27,616 nt of DNA from a virus. Lineage: Duplodnaviria > Caudoviricetes. Shown piece by piece: positions 9,258 through 18,223 of this stretch (position 1 is its first letter; each line of letters starts with the position of its first letter). The notes beneath the pieces are model-generated. The model was not told the origin of the DNA and did not search any database. It saw only the letters and a list, made by a program, of their open reading frames with translations. The stretch lies in the IMG/VR virus record IMGVR_UViG_3300044724_002767, positions 1-27,616 of that record; one strand, written 5' to 3'. Position numbers and translations under genes: made by a program.

Positions 9258-9558
9258 CGAAACTTTCTCCACAACCACAAGATGATGTTGCTGATGGATT
9301 TGAAACCTTGAGAAATGAACCAGATAAATCAGTAACATAATCCACTTGACTTCCATCAAGATATGTTTCTGCTTCGGGATCTATTAACAAAAATCCCTCG
9401 ATAGGTTTTATGCATGGTTGCATACGATTATCCTCGCTTGCAATTCCCCACACATATTCAAATCCATTACAACCGCCCGACTTTACGCCAAGCGTAACGT
9501 AGCCTTCATTGGCTGCGCTCTGTAAGTATTCTTTTGCTAATGGTGTTAATGTTACCAT
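9250..9558 (-). CDS. A-type Fe-S carrier (IscA/SufA/HesB family)
   Basis: GGCNGFEY and CGCGESF; late promoter TATAAATA at 9565-9572. Confidence 0.92.
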   Translation of the reverse strand: MVTLTPLAKEYLQSAANEGYVTLGVKSGGCNGFEYVWGIASEDNRMQPCIKPIEGFLLIDPEAETYLDGSQVDYVTDLSGSFLKVSNPSATSSCGCGESFGV

Positions 9559-9567
9559 GTACTATAT

Positions 9568-9828
9568 TTATAATCCTTCTTTGACACATGCCCCCTTGTC
9601 TTCAATTTTTTCTACTCTTTCTATCAAATCAAAGAATAAATCAAACGCTCCGCGTATTTCTTTCTCAGGACTTACTCTGTTGTAAGGAACACACAATGTT
9701 TTTACCTCAGAGTTTTGTTTTTCAACTACCGTTCTAGCTTCCATGCACGATTCCATACTCGGCATTTCAGTTTTGTAATCAAACCCACCATTAGACATTG
9801 CAGTTACAATTAGTAATGCTTTAATCAT
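9568..9828 (-). CDS. Hypothetical protein
   Basis: ORF with GGGAG RBS. Confidence 0.65.
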   Translation of the reverse strand: MIKALLIVTAMSNGGFDYKTEMPSMESCMEARTVVEKQNSEVKTLCVPYNRVSPEKEIRGAFDLFFDLIERVEKIEDKGACVKEGL

Positions 9829-9985
9829 TGTTTACTCCCTGAGCAATTAATTTGGGCATTGACCAAATCATCAGTGCCATTCCGATACTGGCGAATAAAA
9901 AGAATTGGGCAAATCCCATAGTATCTTGTTCTAATCCACCAACACAACCAATGAGTAAATACATACCCACAATAAAACGTATCAT
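9821..9985 (-). CDS. Small two-helix membrane protein (54 aa, MIRFIVGMYLLIGCVGGLEQ...)
   Basis: Read manually; TAATG coupling with the upstream ORF. Confidence 0.65.
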   Translation of the reverse strand: MIRFIVGMYLLIGCVGGLEQDTMGFAQFFLFASIGMALMIWSMPKLIAQGVNND

Positions 9986-10215
9986 TATATTTCCTTTTCT
10001 ATTTTTGTTGGCCGTCTGAAATCACCAAACTTGTAACCCCATTTGGAAGCAAGAAGTTCTACACCTTCTTTACACCCTTCTGCGGCATCATATGCAGTAT
10101 AGTAAATTTCTTCTCCCTCTGCTCCATATAGACCCTTTATGCTATGCCTTCTAGTAGATGGTATCAAACCGTTTACCTCATCACTTGAAGCATACCACAT
10201 AATTTCATCAATCAT
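9985..10215 (-). CDS. Hypothetical early protein
   Basis: ORF, TAATG-coupled. Confidence 0.65.
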   Translation of the reverse strand: MIDEIMWYASSDEVNGLIPSTRRHSIKGLYGAEGEEIYYTAYDAAEGCKEGVELLASKWGYKFGDFRRPTKIEKEI

Positions 10216-10523
10216 TATATTTCCTTCCAGCCCGCATTTTCACAACGGTACTTTTTTTCTTCAATTATAACCACATCTCCGACACTGGTGCTACGACACC
10301 CTGCTCCTTTAAATTGTGGGGTGACTTCTTTGTTTTCCCACCACGCACAATCAATAGAGTTAGTCTTTGTAAATGCTACTTCTAACTTTTCACTATCAGG
10401 TAAGGTTTTATCAACTGAAACATATGCAACAATTTCTATTTTGTCTGTTTCACTATTGTAGTGAAAAACTGCAATATCTTGATTCATATAATGTCTCAAC
10501 AGACTGTCCATTATTTCGTTCAT
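10215..10523 (-). CDS. Hypothetical early protein (RSTSVGD motif)
   Basis: ORF with AAGG RBS directly after a promoter. Confidence 0.7.
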   Translation of the reverse strand: MNEIMDSLLRHYMNQDIAVFHYNSETDKIEIVAYVSVDKTLPDSEKLEVAFTKTNSIDCAWWENKEVTPQFKGAGCRSTSVGDVVIIEEKKYRCENAGWKEI

Positions 10524-10553
10524 ATTACCTTCTTTTTTTTATTTTATGTAATT

Positions 10554-10582
10554 ATAATATCAAATTCAACAGGGTTTGTCAA
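10554..10582 (-). promoter_or_regulatory. Sigma70-type early promoter
   Basis: TTGACA-17-TATTAT. Confidence 0.75.
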
Positions 10583-10589
10583 GTAAATT

Positions 10590-10934
10590 CTAAAGATAAA
10601 CAGGCCCTGTCCAGTTAATTGGAAATCCACCCTCAAGGACATTTCCTCTTGGTTTGTTTCTAGCAGGTTTAGCCCACCCAGCACACTTCAAAAGGTCGCC
10701 CTTCTTGAACAACTTATCATCATCAGTATTGACAACAAATGCCCAAGCACTGGTGCCTGATAAAATTTTGATGTATTTCTTGCCTTTTTTAACAACAAAC
10801 CCATCTGCAAATTCTTTATTCATTTCCTCATTAAAGCGATAAGGTTCGCTAGAGTAGTCATGGATTGCAGCCGCAATCATATTTGCAATACCATCATCAA
10901 TATTGTCGAACTTTTTTTTAACAGAAACAGTCAT
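10590..10934 (-). CDS. Conserved phage hypothetical protein
   Basis: GKKYIKI...AFV...GDLLK.AGW.KPA pattern recalled from myophages. Confidence 0.75.
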   Translation of the reverse strand: MTVSVKKKFDNIDDGIANMIAAAIHDYSSEPYRFNEEMNKEFADGFVVKKGKKYIKILSGTSAWAFVVNTDDDKLFKKGDLLKCAGWAKPARNKPRGNVLEGGFPINWTGPVYL

Positions 10935-11080
10935 TATTTTCTCTCCTCAAAGTTTTTAGTGTTAAGGCGTTCTGTAACCTCGGTCAAATCCCTCATTGCG
11001 TATGTAAGTTCCCGAACATCACTAGCAAGTTGTTCCATCATTAACGTCATATCGTCAATTTGTTCTTTTGTCACACTCAT
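10934..11080 (-). CDS. Small coiled-coil protein (48 aa, MSVTKEQIDDMTLMMEQL...)
   Basis: Read manually; first ORF after a consensus promoter, TAATG-coupled. Confidence 0.65.
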   Translation of the reverse strand: MSVTKEQIDDMTLMMEQLASDVRELTYAMRDLTEVTERLNTKNFEERK

Positions 11081-11111
11081 AACGTAGTCTCTTTTTTCAT
11101 CTTATGTTACC

Positions 11112-11140
11112 ATTATAAGGGTCTGAACAGGGTTTGTCAA
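11112..11140 (-). promoter_or_regulatory. Consensus sigma70 early promoter
   Basis: TTGACA-17-TATAAT exact. Confidence 0.85.
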
Positions 11141-11178
11141 GGCAAATCGCTGTTCGTAAGTTGTTGATTTATAAGGGG

Positions 11179-11514
11179 TTATACAGAAAAAGATGAACCG
11201 CAACCACAGGTAGTCGTTGCATTGGGGTTTTTAATCACAAATTGCGAACTTTCTAGACTCTCACTGTAGTCTATTTCTGCTCCCATGAGGTATTGCACAC
11301 TCATAGGATCTATTAGTAATTTGACCTTTCCATTCATTACGACTGTATCTCCATCACCCTCTTCTTGGTCAAATGTAAACCCATATTGAAAACCAGAACA
11401 CCCACCACCAGAAATAAACACTCTTAACATAAGACTGTCATCACCATCAAATTCGTCATCAATTAGTGTTTGAACTTTATGAGCAGCTGAATCTGTGAGT
11501 ATTAGGTCTTCCAC
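11179..11514 (-). CDS. erpA: Fe-S cluster insertion protein, ErpA-like
   Basis: [43 protein letters not shown]. Confidence 0.92.
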   Translation of the reverse strand: MEDLILTDSAAHKVQTLIDDEFDGDDSLMLRVFISGGGCSGFQYGFTFDQEEGDGDTVVMNGKVKLLIDPMSVQYLMGAEIDYSESLESSQFVIKNPNATTTCGCGSSFSV

Positions 11515-11517
11515 AAT

Positions 11518-12225
11518 TTATCGTTTTTTCCTTGCCAGTTCCATTTCAATCCAAGATTTTGCTCTGGTATTTTTAACTTTCTTTTTAAGTAAACCTTGTA
11601 TGCGTTTGAACACTTGTTTAATTATATCCTCATCAGCTTCATTGTTATCTACAATAATTAAATTTTGTTTAAAGTGGTTATTAAATTTACCAATGTTAGC
11701 TTGTACTGATTTCCACGACTTAATCACAACGGATTCTGGTACACTACGAGATCGTTTTGCGTTACGTTCTAACGCAACATCTAGTGAAGTATTGACAAAT
11801 ATTAAATGAGTGTCATATCCTAGTTGACGTAGTTCATTAGACTGATTTGAAATCTTATCGTAGTCTTTACCTGTGCCGTCAATGATAAGTCCAAGGCGAC
11901 CTTCAAGATAGTTTGCTTGTCTTGCTTTAGTTATGTCTTTTGCTTTGTCTCTCACTCCCATATAACGCTTGTATTCTTTATCCTTTTCGGGATCAAAACG
12001 CGACTTACCGCCTGGGCTGGGGGTTGGTATTTTGAGTGACATATTTGCCCTCTTCAGTAGACGCTCAAATGCGTCATCTGAATTAACTACCTTGAGTCCA
12101 GTTCCACCAGTGGTTCTCCTGACAACGTATGATTTACCGCTGCCAGGGCCACCTGCTAAAAAGAATGCCTTAAATATATTGGGGTCGTATACGCCCTCTT
12201 GAAGTTCGTTGAATGTTTTCATCAT
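11518..12225 (-). CDS. P-loop kinase-like protein (AAA_33/zeta-toxin-like fold)
   Basis: Walker A GGPGSGKS, IIDGTG, ALERNAKR lid. Confidence 0.8.
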   Translation of the reverse strand: MMKTFNELQEGVYDPNIFKAFFLAGGPGSGKSYVVRRTTGGTGLKVVNSDDAFERLLKRANMSLKIPTPSPGGKSRFDPEKDKEYKRYMGVRDKAKDITKARQANYLEGRLGLIIDGTGKDYDKISNQSNELRQLGYDTHLIFVNTSLDVALERNAKRSRSVPESVVIKSWKSVQANIGKFNNHFKQNLIIVDNNEADEDIIKQVFKRIQGLLKKKVKNTRAKSWIEMELARKKR

Positions 12226-12364
12226 GCGTTCCTGTTTGCTCTCGTTTTCTATAATTTACTATTTGTTCTATAACGTATTTATCATTTTCTGATATGGGAG
12301 TTACGTTTCTCTCTTGTTTTAGGAATGATTTTTTTCTGAGTAAATTTCTAGTTTTTTGAGCCAT
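12170..12364 (-). CDS. Small basic hypothetical protein
   Basis: GAGG RBS and ATG; overlaps the next gene by 56 nt. Confidence 0.5.
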   Translation of the reverse strand: MAQKTRNLLRKKSFLKQERNVTPISENDKYVIEQIVNYRKREQTGTHDENIQRTSRGRIRPQYI

Positions 12365-12391
12365 TGATTTGTCCTCGTTTCTATTAATAAG

Positions 12392-13885
12392 TTATGTTTC
12401 GTCTGATGTTGTAATCCCCCCGAAAATGCCAGGCGGTACAGTTTTTACTTCTACGCCGTTATAGTCCTCCTTTTGTTTAATTATTTTAATATCTCCTTCT
12501 GCAAATGGTTCATAATTATCCTTCAGTGAATCTAGTGGTTCTTCTATAGAATCTTTAACTAATGATATGATCATTACATGTTTTTGTGGTGACTTATCAA
12601 AATCAAAATCGTGTCGTATGTTTTTTACTAAGAATGGGCCTTTGTAAAATCTATCGTTGATTTCACCGTCTGCAGCTGTAACTGCAGCTGTGTATGGCAA
12701 ATTAAGTATTACCTTCTGACCAGCATTTACATAAGTGTTGCCATGACATATTATGTTAACACTAAGTCCAGTTCTTATTTGTGCCATTTGTGAATTTCTT
12801 CTCTGCAACCATTTTTCTGGCCCGTAGGGTTCGTATGGGTATGTGTTATCTGGGGTTGTATGTTGACCATCACTTCGACTATTTAAAGAGGTAGGTACAA
12901 CATACGTCCTTGCAGAGAAATCTGATACTCTTTCACCTCTTGGATTTAATGCAGCTTGACTTGCTAAAGGGTATTCAGTTCTGCCCTCTGTAACACCGCT
13001 CACAATATGATCTTCGTTTTTAAACTCTCTATGGTAGTTGTATTTTTTTCTTGAAATAGATTTATTGCGAATGTCATGTTTTATAAGTTCTGAACCATAC
13101 ATGCCAGTTCTGTAGTTCATTAACGTGTCATTGTTTGCTACAATCTCATATCCAAGCACATTATTTAAATCTTTAATAACATCAATCACACCATTTTTCC
13201 CAACAAGCGCACCCTTTTCAAACGTAGTGTATTCCATAAATGGTTCTTCATTGTACAAACTTGCAAGCGTTCTAAAGTTGAACCCTTTGAGAGTTTCATA
13301 AAACATATATGTTGGAGAAGATTTGAATGTTGCGATTGCTTGATCGCGAGCAGTATTAACAACGTCTAATGGTCTTATGTTTGGTGCAATATATTTTTTA
13401 ACACCGACAGTTTTTTCTACAAAAATATTTTTCTTAGTTTCTAATTGATTGACTAACATAGATAAAACAATATCAGACCACGGCAAGGTAAAACTTTTTT
13501 TTACTTTAATTCTTTGATTTCTAACCAACTCCATACTGACGAAGCTTAGGTTGTATAACTGAACACCATTACCAACTTTTTCTCTCGCGGTCAGAGAATG
13601 TACTGCAAGTAAATTTTCAGTAAAATCTATAATCCCATCATCATCTTGAACAGATGAAGTTCTAATCTTCATAGACAAAAATTCTTGTCCTATGATTGGG
13701 CCATGAGAAGATAGATTTATTGAATCTTGTATTGTTATTGTACCACTTATGCAACTTTGATTTATATCTTCAAATATTGTTAACTTTACTACATTGGGTA
13801 TAAGATTAACTCTAAGACCAGATGTAGTAATTAAAGATAATTCGTCAACAGTAAAATCGCCAGCGTGTTGTAATCCATCTGCCAC
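12392..13885 (-). CDS. Putative baseplate hub protein (gp27-like)
   Basis: Position after gp53 and size; IFEDI..SGTITIQDS, AGQKVILN and FLVKNIRH patterns resemble hub proteins. Confidence 0.55.
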   Translation of the reverse strand: MADGLQHAGDFTVDELSLITTSGLRVNLIPNVVKLTIFEDINQSCISGTITIQDSINLSSHGPIIGQEFLSMKIRTSSVQDDDGIIDFTENLLAVHSLTAREKVGNGVQLYNLSFVSMELVRNQRIKVKKSFTLPWSDIVLSMLVNQLETKKNIFVEKTVGVKKYIAPNIRPLDVVNTARDQAIATFKSSPTYMFYETLKGFNFRTLASLYNEEPFMEYTTFEKGALVGKNGVIDVIKDLNNVLGYEIVANNDTLMNYRTGMYGSELIKHDIRNKSISRKKYNYHREFKNEDHIVSGVTEGRTEYPLASQAALNPRGERVSDFSARTYVVPTSLNSRSDGQHTTPDNTYPYEPYGPEKWLQRRNSQMAQIRTGLSVNIICHGNTYVNAGQKVILNLPYTAAVTAADGEINDRFYKGPFLVKNIRHDFDFDKSPQKHVMIISLVKDSIEEPLDSLKDNYEPFAEGDIKIIKQKEDYNGVEVKTVPPGIFGGITTSDET

Positions 13886-14409
13886 TATCCAGTGTCCTTC
13901 ATAATTGATTTAAATTCTTCTACAAAATCAGAAACATATTCTGGACTAAGAAGCCTTATTTTTCTTGATGCATCCTGACGTTCTTGTTCATATTCATAGT
14001 TAGTGATTAGAGTTGCTGTTGGGTGATCTGTGTTGTCTGTTCCAATATTAATCTTTATAGTTGTATCGCCCGAAGTTTGACTTATCTCGTAATGATGTGT
14101 TCCACTAATATTAGAATACTTGTCATTAATATGAGAAAGAAATTGATTTTGATTCTTTGGCCACTGATGATACCTGTCAGTAATGTCATTAACCATAAGT
14201 ACTATCCAATGCAGTTCTGGGTCATCATATAACTTGTCTGCAATCATCTCTGGTGTTTCGCCCTCTTTAACATCATAGGTATCAAAAAATAAAGTGTTGA
14301 CTTTTACTTTAGAACGAATTGCAACTCGTTTTAATAAATTAGTTACAAGTTTGTAATTTTCATTTCCAACAGAGTCGTAAATAGTTAAAGGAAATTGTGC
14401 AAAATACAT
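13885..14409 (-). CDS. 53: Baseplate wedge protein gp53
   Basis: MYFAQFP, GETPEMIADKLYDDPELHWIVLMVN, HHYE. Confidence 0.9.
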   Translation of the reverse strand: MYFAQFPLTIYDSVGNENYKLVTNLLKRVAIRSKVKVNTLFFDTYDVKEGETPEMIADKLYDDPELHWIVLMVNDITDRYHQWPKNQNQFLSHINDKYSNISGTHHYEISQTSGDTTIKINIGTDNTDHPTATLITNYEYEQERQDASRKIRLLSPEYVSDFVEEFKSIMKDTG

Positions 14410-14412
14410 TTT

Positions 14413-15543
14413 TTAGAACCCCTGTGCAATTTGGTCTTTGGTGATGATTTCCATTTCTTTAAACTTCAAAGAAATTTTTGTTGTTTGTGGAACTCCACCT
14501 TCATATGCAACAAACCTATCTGCACCATAACTTACGTCCATACTTTCTAAAGCACAAGTTGATATTTTATTGAGGTGTTCGTTCATTCCATTTTTGTACA
14601 TATATCTTATGTTAAAGAAACTTGGTATTTCCATTTCTCTAAAAGTTCCATCTGTGTACTTAGATGCCATATGAAATTTAAATTGCATTACAATTTCTTT
14701 TATTGTTTCAGCTTCTTCCTCACTTTTTGGTATGAAAGTAAACTCATATGAGAACTCTCTTCTTCCAATACCCTCAAACATCAGTTCCATTTTTGGAGTC
14801 CTAACTGCACCTTTTTCTAATGCAACTAACGCAGTAGCGCCAGGGGCTACGGCATCAGCTACTTTAAGTAGTCCAGCTTCCGAACCCTTTCCTAACTCGT
14901 TCAATGCACCTTTTAAAGCAGTGCTTCCATCTGCATCACCTCGACCAGCAAATGCGTCTAATGCGCCTGCAGCTGCACCAGCTAATGCACCAATTTCTTG
15001 TTCTCCAAATTTTGAGTTGTAACTAACAGATATCGAAGCAGGCATATACAACGCAATCATAGTTGATATTCTGGTTGTCGCACCTCTTGACAGTTGGATT
15101 GAATTACTACTGCCACCTGCACCTTCACGTTTTCTACCAGCTACACGAACTCTTTCTTTTTCTTTTTCTAAATTGTCAATTGCTTTTTGTCTTTGTGCAG
15201 CTCCAACATTACCCTTTTCATAGTCTTTGTCAACTTCTTCTTTAAGTTCTGCTATTTTATTTTCGCCCTTTGACGATTTTAATTTTGCTTTGTTTTGTTC
15301 TAAAATTTCAAATATAACATAATGACCTTGTTGGTCATCACCTTCAACACCAGCAGGATACGCAAGATTTTTAGTGCAAAACTTTGATTGTTGTCGTTGT
15401 GCTAATTGAGCAGCTGGGCCAGTGAGGGGGTTTGTACCAAATATATCACCTACAATATTATTTAAACCGTTGACAGCAACTTTGTTTGCTGATCTGGCTA
15501 CGTTTGCAGTAACCGCATTTTTTATACCATCTAATATTGCCAT
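14413..15543 (-). CDS. 48: Baseplate tail-tube cap gp48
   Basis: LYMP, PKMELMFEG..RREFSYEFTFIPKSEEEA, LKFKEMEIITK. Confidence 0.85.
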   Translation of the reverse strand: MAILDGIKNAVTANVARSANKVAVNGLNNIVGDIFGTNPLTGPAAQLAQRQQSKFCTKNLAYPAGVEGDDQQGHYVIFEILEQNKAKLKSSKGENKIAELKEEVDKDYEKGNVGAAQRQKAIDNLEKEKERVRVAGRKREGAGGSSNSIQLSRGATTRISTMIALYMPASISVSYNSKFGEQEIGALAGAAAGALDAFAGRGDADGSTALKGALNELGKGSEAGLLKVADAVAPGATALVALEKGAVRTPKMELMFEGIGRREFSYEFTFIPKSEEEAETIKEIVMQFKFHMASKYTDGTFREMEIPSFFNIRYMYKNGMNEHLNKISTCALESMDVSYGADRFVAYEGGVPQTTKISLKFKEMEIITKDQIAQGF

Positions 15544-15562
15544 AGTTCTTCCTTATATATAC

Positions 15563-15570
15563 TATTTATA
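15563..15570 (-). promoter_or_regulatory. Late promoter for the gp48 operon
   Basis: TATAAATA. Confidence 0.75.
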
Positions 15571-15574
15571 AGTT

Positions 15575-16021
15575 ATGTCATACTCAGGTCGTTATATTCC
15601 AAAAAATCCCAAAAAATATAAAGGGGATTACTCTCAAGTTATTTATCGTTCTCTCTGGGAACGTAGGTTTATGGTCTATTGCGACTCCAGTGATTCTATT
15701 ATTGAATGGGGCAGTGAAGAAATCATTATACCTTATTTATCACCTTGGGACGGAAAAATACACAGATATTTCCCAGATTTTTATATAAAAACAAAACAAC
15801 ATGACGGAAGCATCAAAAAGTTTATTATAGAAGTTAAACCTAAAGCTCAATGCAAACCACCACCATCTCAACCCAAGAGAAAAACTAAACGATGGTTCAA
15901 CGAAGTTAAAACGTGGGGTATAAACGAAGCAAAATGGAAATACGCAAATGAGTGGTGTCTAGACAATAATATGGAATTTAAGATACTGACCGAAGATCAT
16001 CTTAACATTCGTTATAAATAG
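15575..16021 (+). CDS. 4: Head completion nuclease gp4
   Basis: YRSLWE, HRYFPDF, IEVKP, NEAKW. Confidence 0.93.
   Translation: MSYSGRYIPKNPKKYKGDYSQVIYRSLWERRFMVYCDSSDSIIEWGSEEIIIPYLSPWDGKIHRYFPDFYIKTKQHDGSIKKFIIEVKPKAQCKPPPSQPKRKTKRWFNEVKTWGINEAKWKYANEWCLDNNMEFKILTEDHLNIRYK
16013..16020 (+). promoter_or_regulatory. Late promoter for gp2
   Basis: TATAAATA 5 nt before the ATG. Confidence 0.75.
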
Positions 16022-16025
16022 AGTT

Positions 16026-16586
16026 ATGGCAACTAGCAATTTTATACAATCAGTTAAAGATGAAACAAAAGGAGCAGATCGTTCCGTTAGGTGGTATCGT
16101 AATAAAATTAAAGAATTTGGTAAGCCTGTTGCGATGGATTTGATACGAGATGGCAAAAGGAACAAAAGACAATTTTATGGTAAATTGAATATGTTTTTCT
16201 ATGACCCTAAATTTAAAAAAGAATTGCCTTACTACGATACGTTTCCACTGGTGTTACCAATAGAAAGATACTCTGATGGGTTTCTTGGTATTAACTTTCA
16301 TTATCTGCCAATACCATTAAGAGTAAAATTATTGGATAGGCTTATGTCGTTTGCAAATAGTCAAGACCTTGATGAGTCAAGCACCAGAATAGTTGCAGAT
16401 TATAGTAAATTAAAAAAACTTACCATAGTTAAACCAACTTTGCATAAATACCTATACTCAAGAGTAAAATCACAATTTCGTAGGGTTGATGCAGATGAAT
16501 TTAAAATTGCGTGTTTGTTACCAGTACAAAGATTTAAGAAAGCATCTTCAGCTGAAGTATGGAAAGATTCTAGGAGTATGATCTAA
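16026..16586 (+). CDS. 2: DNA end protector gp2
   Basis: YDPK.K..LPYYDTFPL, GINFHYLP. Confidence 0.92.
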   Translation: MATSNFIQSVKDETKGADRSVRWYRNKIKEFGKPVAMDLIRDGKRNKRQFYGKLNMFFYDPKFKKELPYYDTFPLVLPIERYSDGFLGINFHYLPIPLRVKLLDRLMSFANSQDLDESSTRIVADYSKLKKLTIVKPTLHKYLYSRVKSQFRRVDADEFKIACLLPVQRFKKASSAEVWKDSRSMI

Positions 16587-17305
16587 TGGCAGGAAGTCTC
16601 GCACAATTTATAGAAACAGCCGCGTTTGGTGTTCTTAACGATGTATTGTCTGGGTTTCATTCTCAAAACGGTTACGCAGTACCCAACAGATTCGAAGCAG
16701 TAATCATTCCACCAACAGGAATAGGAAGAAATTCTTCTTCAACTTTTCTTCAAAAAATTGGTTTAGATAAAGGCCCAACTACTGCTAGACAAGTATCGTT
16801 GCGTGTAGAGGGAATTACTTTGCCAGGGCGAAACTTAAACACTCTTGACGATACAAACATATATGGGCCAACAAGGTCGATTGTTGATGGAGTAACTTAC
16901 GCAGAAGATATATCAGTATCATTTCAAGCAAGTTCTGATCTTGCTGAAAGAAGGTTCTTTGAGGAATGGCAAAAATTAGCATTTAGTGAAAAGACTTGGA
17001 ACGTAGGATACTACAACGACTACATTGCTCAAATTGATTTGTATTTATTAGACAGACAAGACAAACGAAGATTTGGAGTAAAACTTTGGGAGTGTTTTCC
17101 AAAGACAATTGAGGCAACTGAATTAAATCAAGCTACAAACAATGAAATCATAAAGAATACAGTAAGTTTTACTTTTAGATATTGGACGCAACTTGATATT
17201 AATGCTCAGGCAACAAGTATAACTGATAGAATAGTGAATACGTTTACTGGAACAGTTGAAAGAAAAATAACAGGATCGATACCAAAGATACTGAATAGAT
17301 TATAA
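16586..17305 (+). CDS. Tail-tube-fold baseplate protein (gp54/gp19-like)
   Basis: NRFE, LPGRNL, FFEEWQ, CFPKTI, VSFTFRYW; synteny. Confidence 0.75.
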   Translation: MAGSLAQFIETAAFGVLNDVLSGFHSQNGYAVPNRFEAVIIPPTGIGRNSSSTFLQKIGLDKGPTTARQVSLRVEGITLPGRNLNTLDDTNIYGPTRSIVDGVTYAEDISVSFQASSDLAERRFFEEWQKLAFSEKTWNVGYYNDYIAQIDLYLLDRQDKRRFGVKLWECFPKTIEATELNQATNNEIIKNTVSFTFRYWTQLDINAQATSITDRIVNTFTGTVERKITGSIPKILNRL

Positions 17306-17321
17306 AGCGAGGACTAAAATT

Positions 17322-18026
17322 ATGGGATTACCTAAATTAAATAGTGCAAATTATGAATTGAGTTTACCATCAACAGGAGCAACAATAAAGTATAGACCGT
17401 TTCTTGTAAAAGAACAAAAAGCGTTAATGATTGCTCAAGAATCAGAAGATGACAAGGTGATTGAAAGCACATTTGCTCAAATCATTACTGATTGTGTTGA
17501 AGATAAAGTTGATCCATATAAGATGCCAATGTTTGACATTGAGTATGTGTTTCTAAAGATAAGAAGTAAGTCTGTTGGAGAAATAGCTGAGTTAAGAGTA
17601 ACTTGTCCAGATGATGAAGAGACTAAAGTAAATGTTTCAATTCCTCTGGAAGAAGTTGATGTTCAAATGAAAGAAAATCATACGAATGTCATTACTCTTA
17701 CAGATGATATCAGTGTTATAATGCGGTATCCTTGTCTTGGTGATATGAAAGGTTTTAATGCACTTGGGGAAACAAAGTCGTTGTTTGAAATGGTAAAGAG
17801 ATGCATACATGAAGTTCACGATGGAGAAGAAATATATCGTAGAGTTGATATGTCTGAAAAAGATTTAGAAGATTTTATTGACAGTATGTCATCAAAAAAC
17901 TTTGAATCCGTTGGTGAGTTTTTTTCAAGTATGCCCAAATTATCATATGACCTTGAGGTTGTGAACCCCAAGACAAAAGTTAAAAGTGTAATCCCAATTG
18001 AGGGTTTGCAAAGTTTTTTCGAATAG
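17322..18026 (+). CDS. 26: Baseplate hub assembly protein (gp26-like)
   Basis: LPKL, YRPFLVKEQK, FDIEYVFLKIRSKSVGE, IEGLQSFF. Confidence 0.88.
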   Translation: MGLPKLNSANYELSLPSTGATIKYRPFLVKEQKALMIAQESEDDKVIESTFAQIITDCVEDKVDPYKMPMFDIEYVFLKIRSKSVGEIAELRVTCPDDEETKVNVSIPLEEVDVQMKENHTNVITLTDDISVIMRYPCLGDMKGFNALGETKSLFEMVKRCIHEVHDGEEIYRRVDMSEKDLEDFIDSMSSKNFESVGEFFSSMPKLSYDLEVVNPKTKVKSVIPIEGLQSFFE

Positions 18027-18061
18027 CCCTTTCACATGACTCATTAGAAAACTATTATCAA

Positions 18062-18211
18062 ATGAACTTTGGAATGATGCAACATCACAATTGGAGTTTG
18101 GCAGAGTTAGAAGAAATGATACCTTGGGAAAGGGAGATATACATAGGACTATTAATGAATTACTTGGAAGAGGAAAAGAAAAGACAAGAACAAGAAAATA
18201 GAAGAATGTAA
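18062..18211 (+). CDS. Small gp51-like ORF (MNFGMMQHHNWSLAELEEMIPWEREIY...), possibly expressed by -1 frameshift from gp26
   Basis: Read manually; frame is open back to the T TTT TTC heptamer at 18014-18020. Confidence 0.8.
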   Translation: MNFGMMQHHNWSLAELEEMIPWEREIYIGLLMNYLEEEKKRQEQENRRM

Positions 18212-18223
18212 TAGGGGAAAGTC

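Noticed and set aside
9258-9359. N-terminal extension of the thermonuclease ORF
   Set aside because: Overlaps the Fe-S carrier gene; GTG 9257 with RBS gives the expected MYEYKC start
11157-11178. TAAGTTGTTGATTTATAAGGGG motif upstream of the strongest promoter
   Set aside because: Only one copy noticed in this window; no function can be supported from the sequence
11518-12225. Zeta toxin-antitoxin system
   Set aside because: Only the generic P-loop kinase fold is visible; no evidence that the small upstream ORF is an antitoxin
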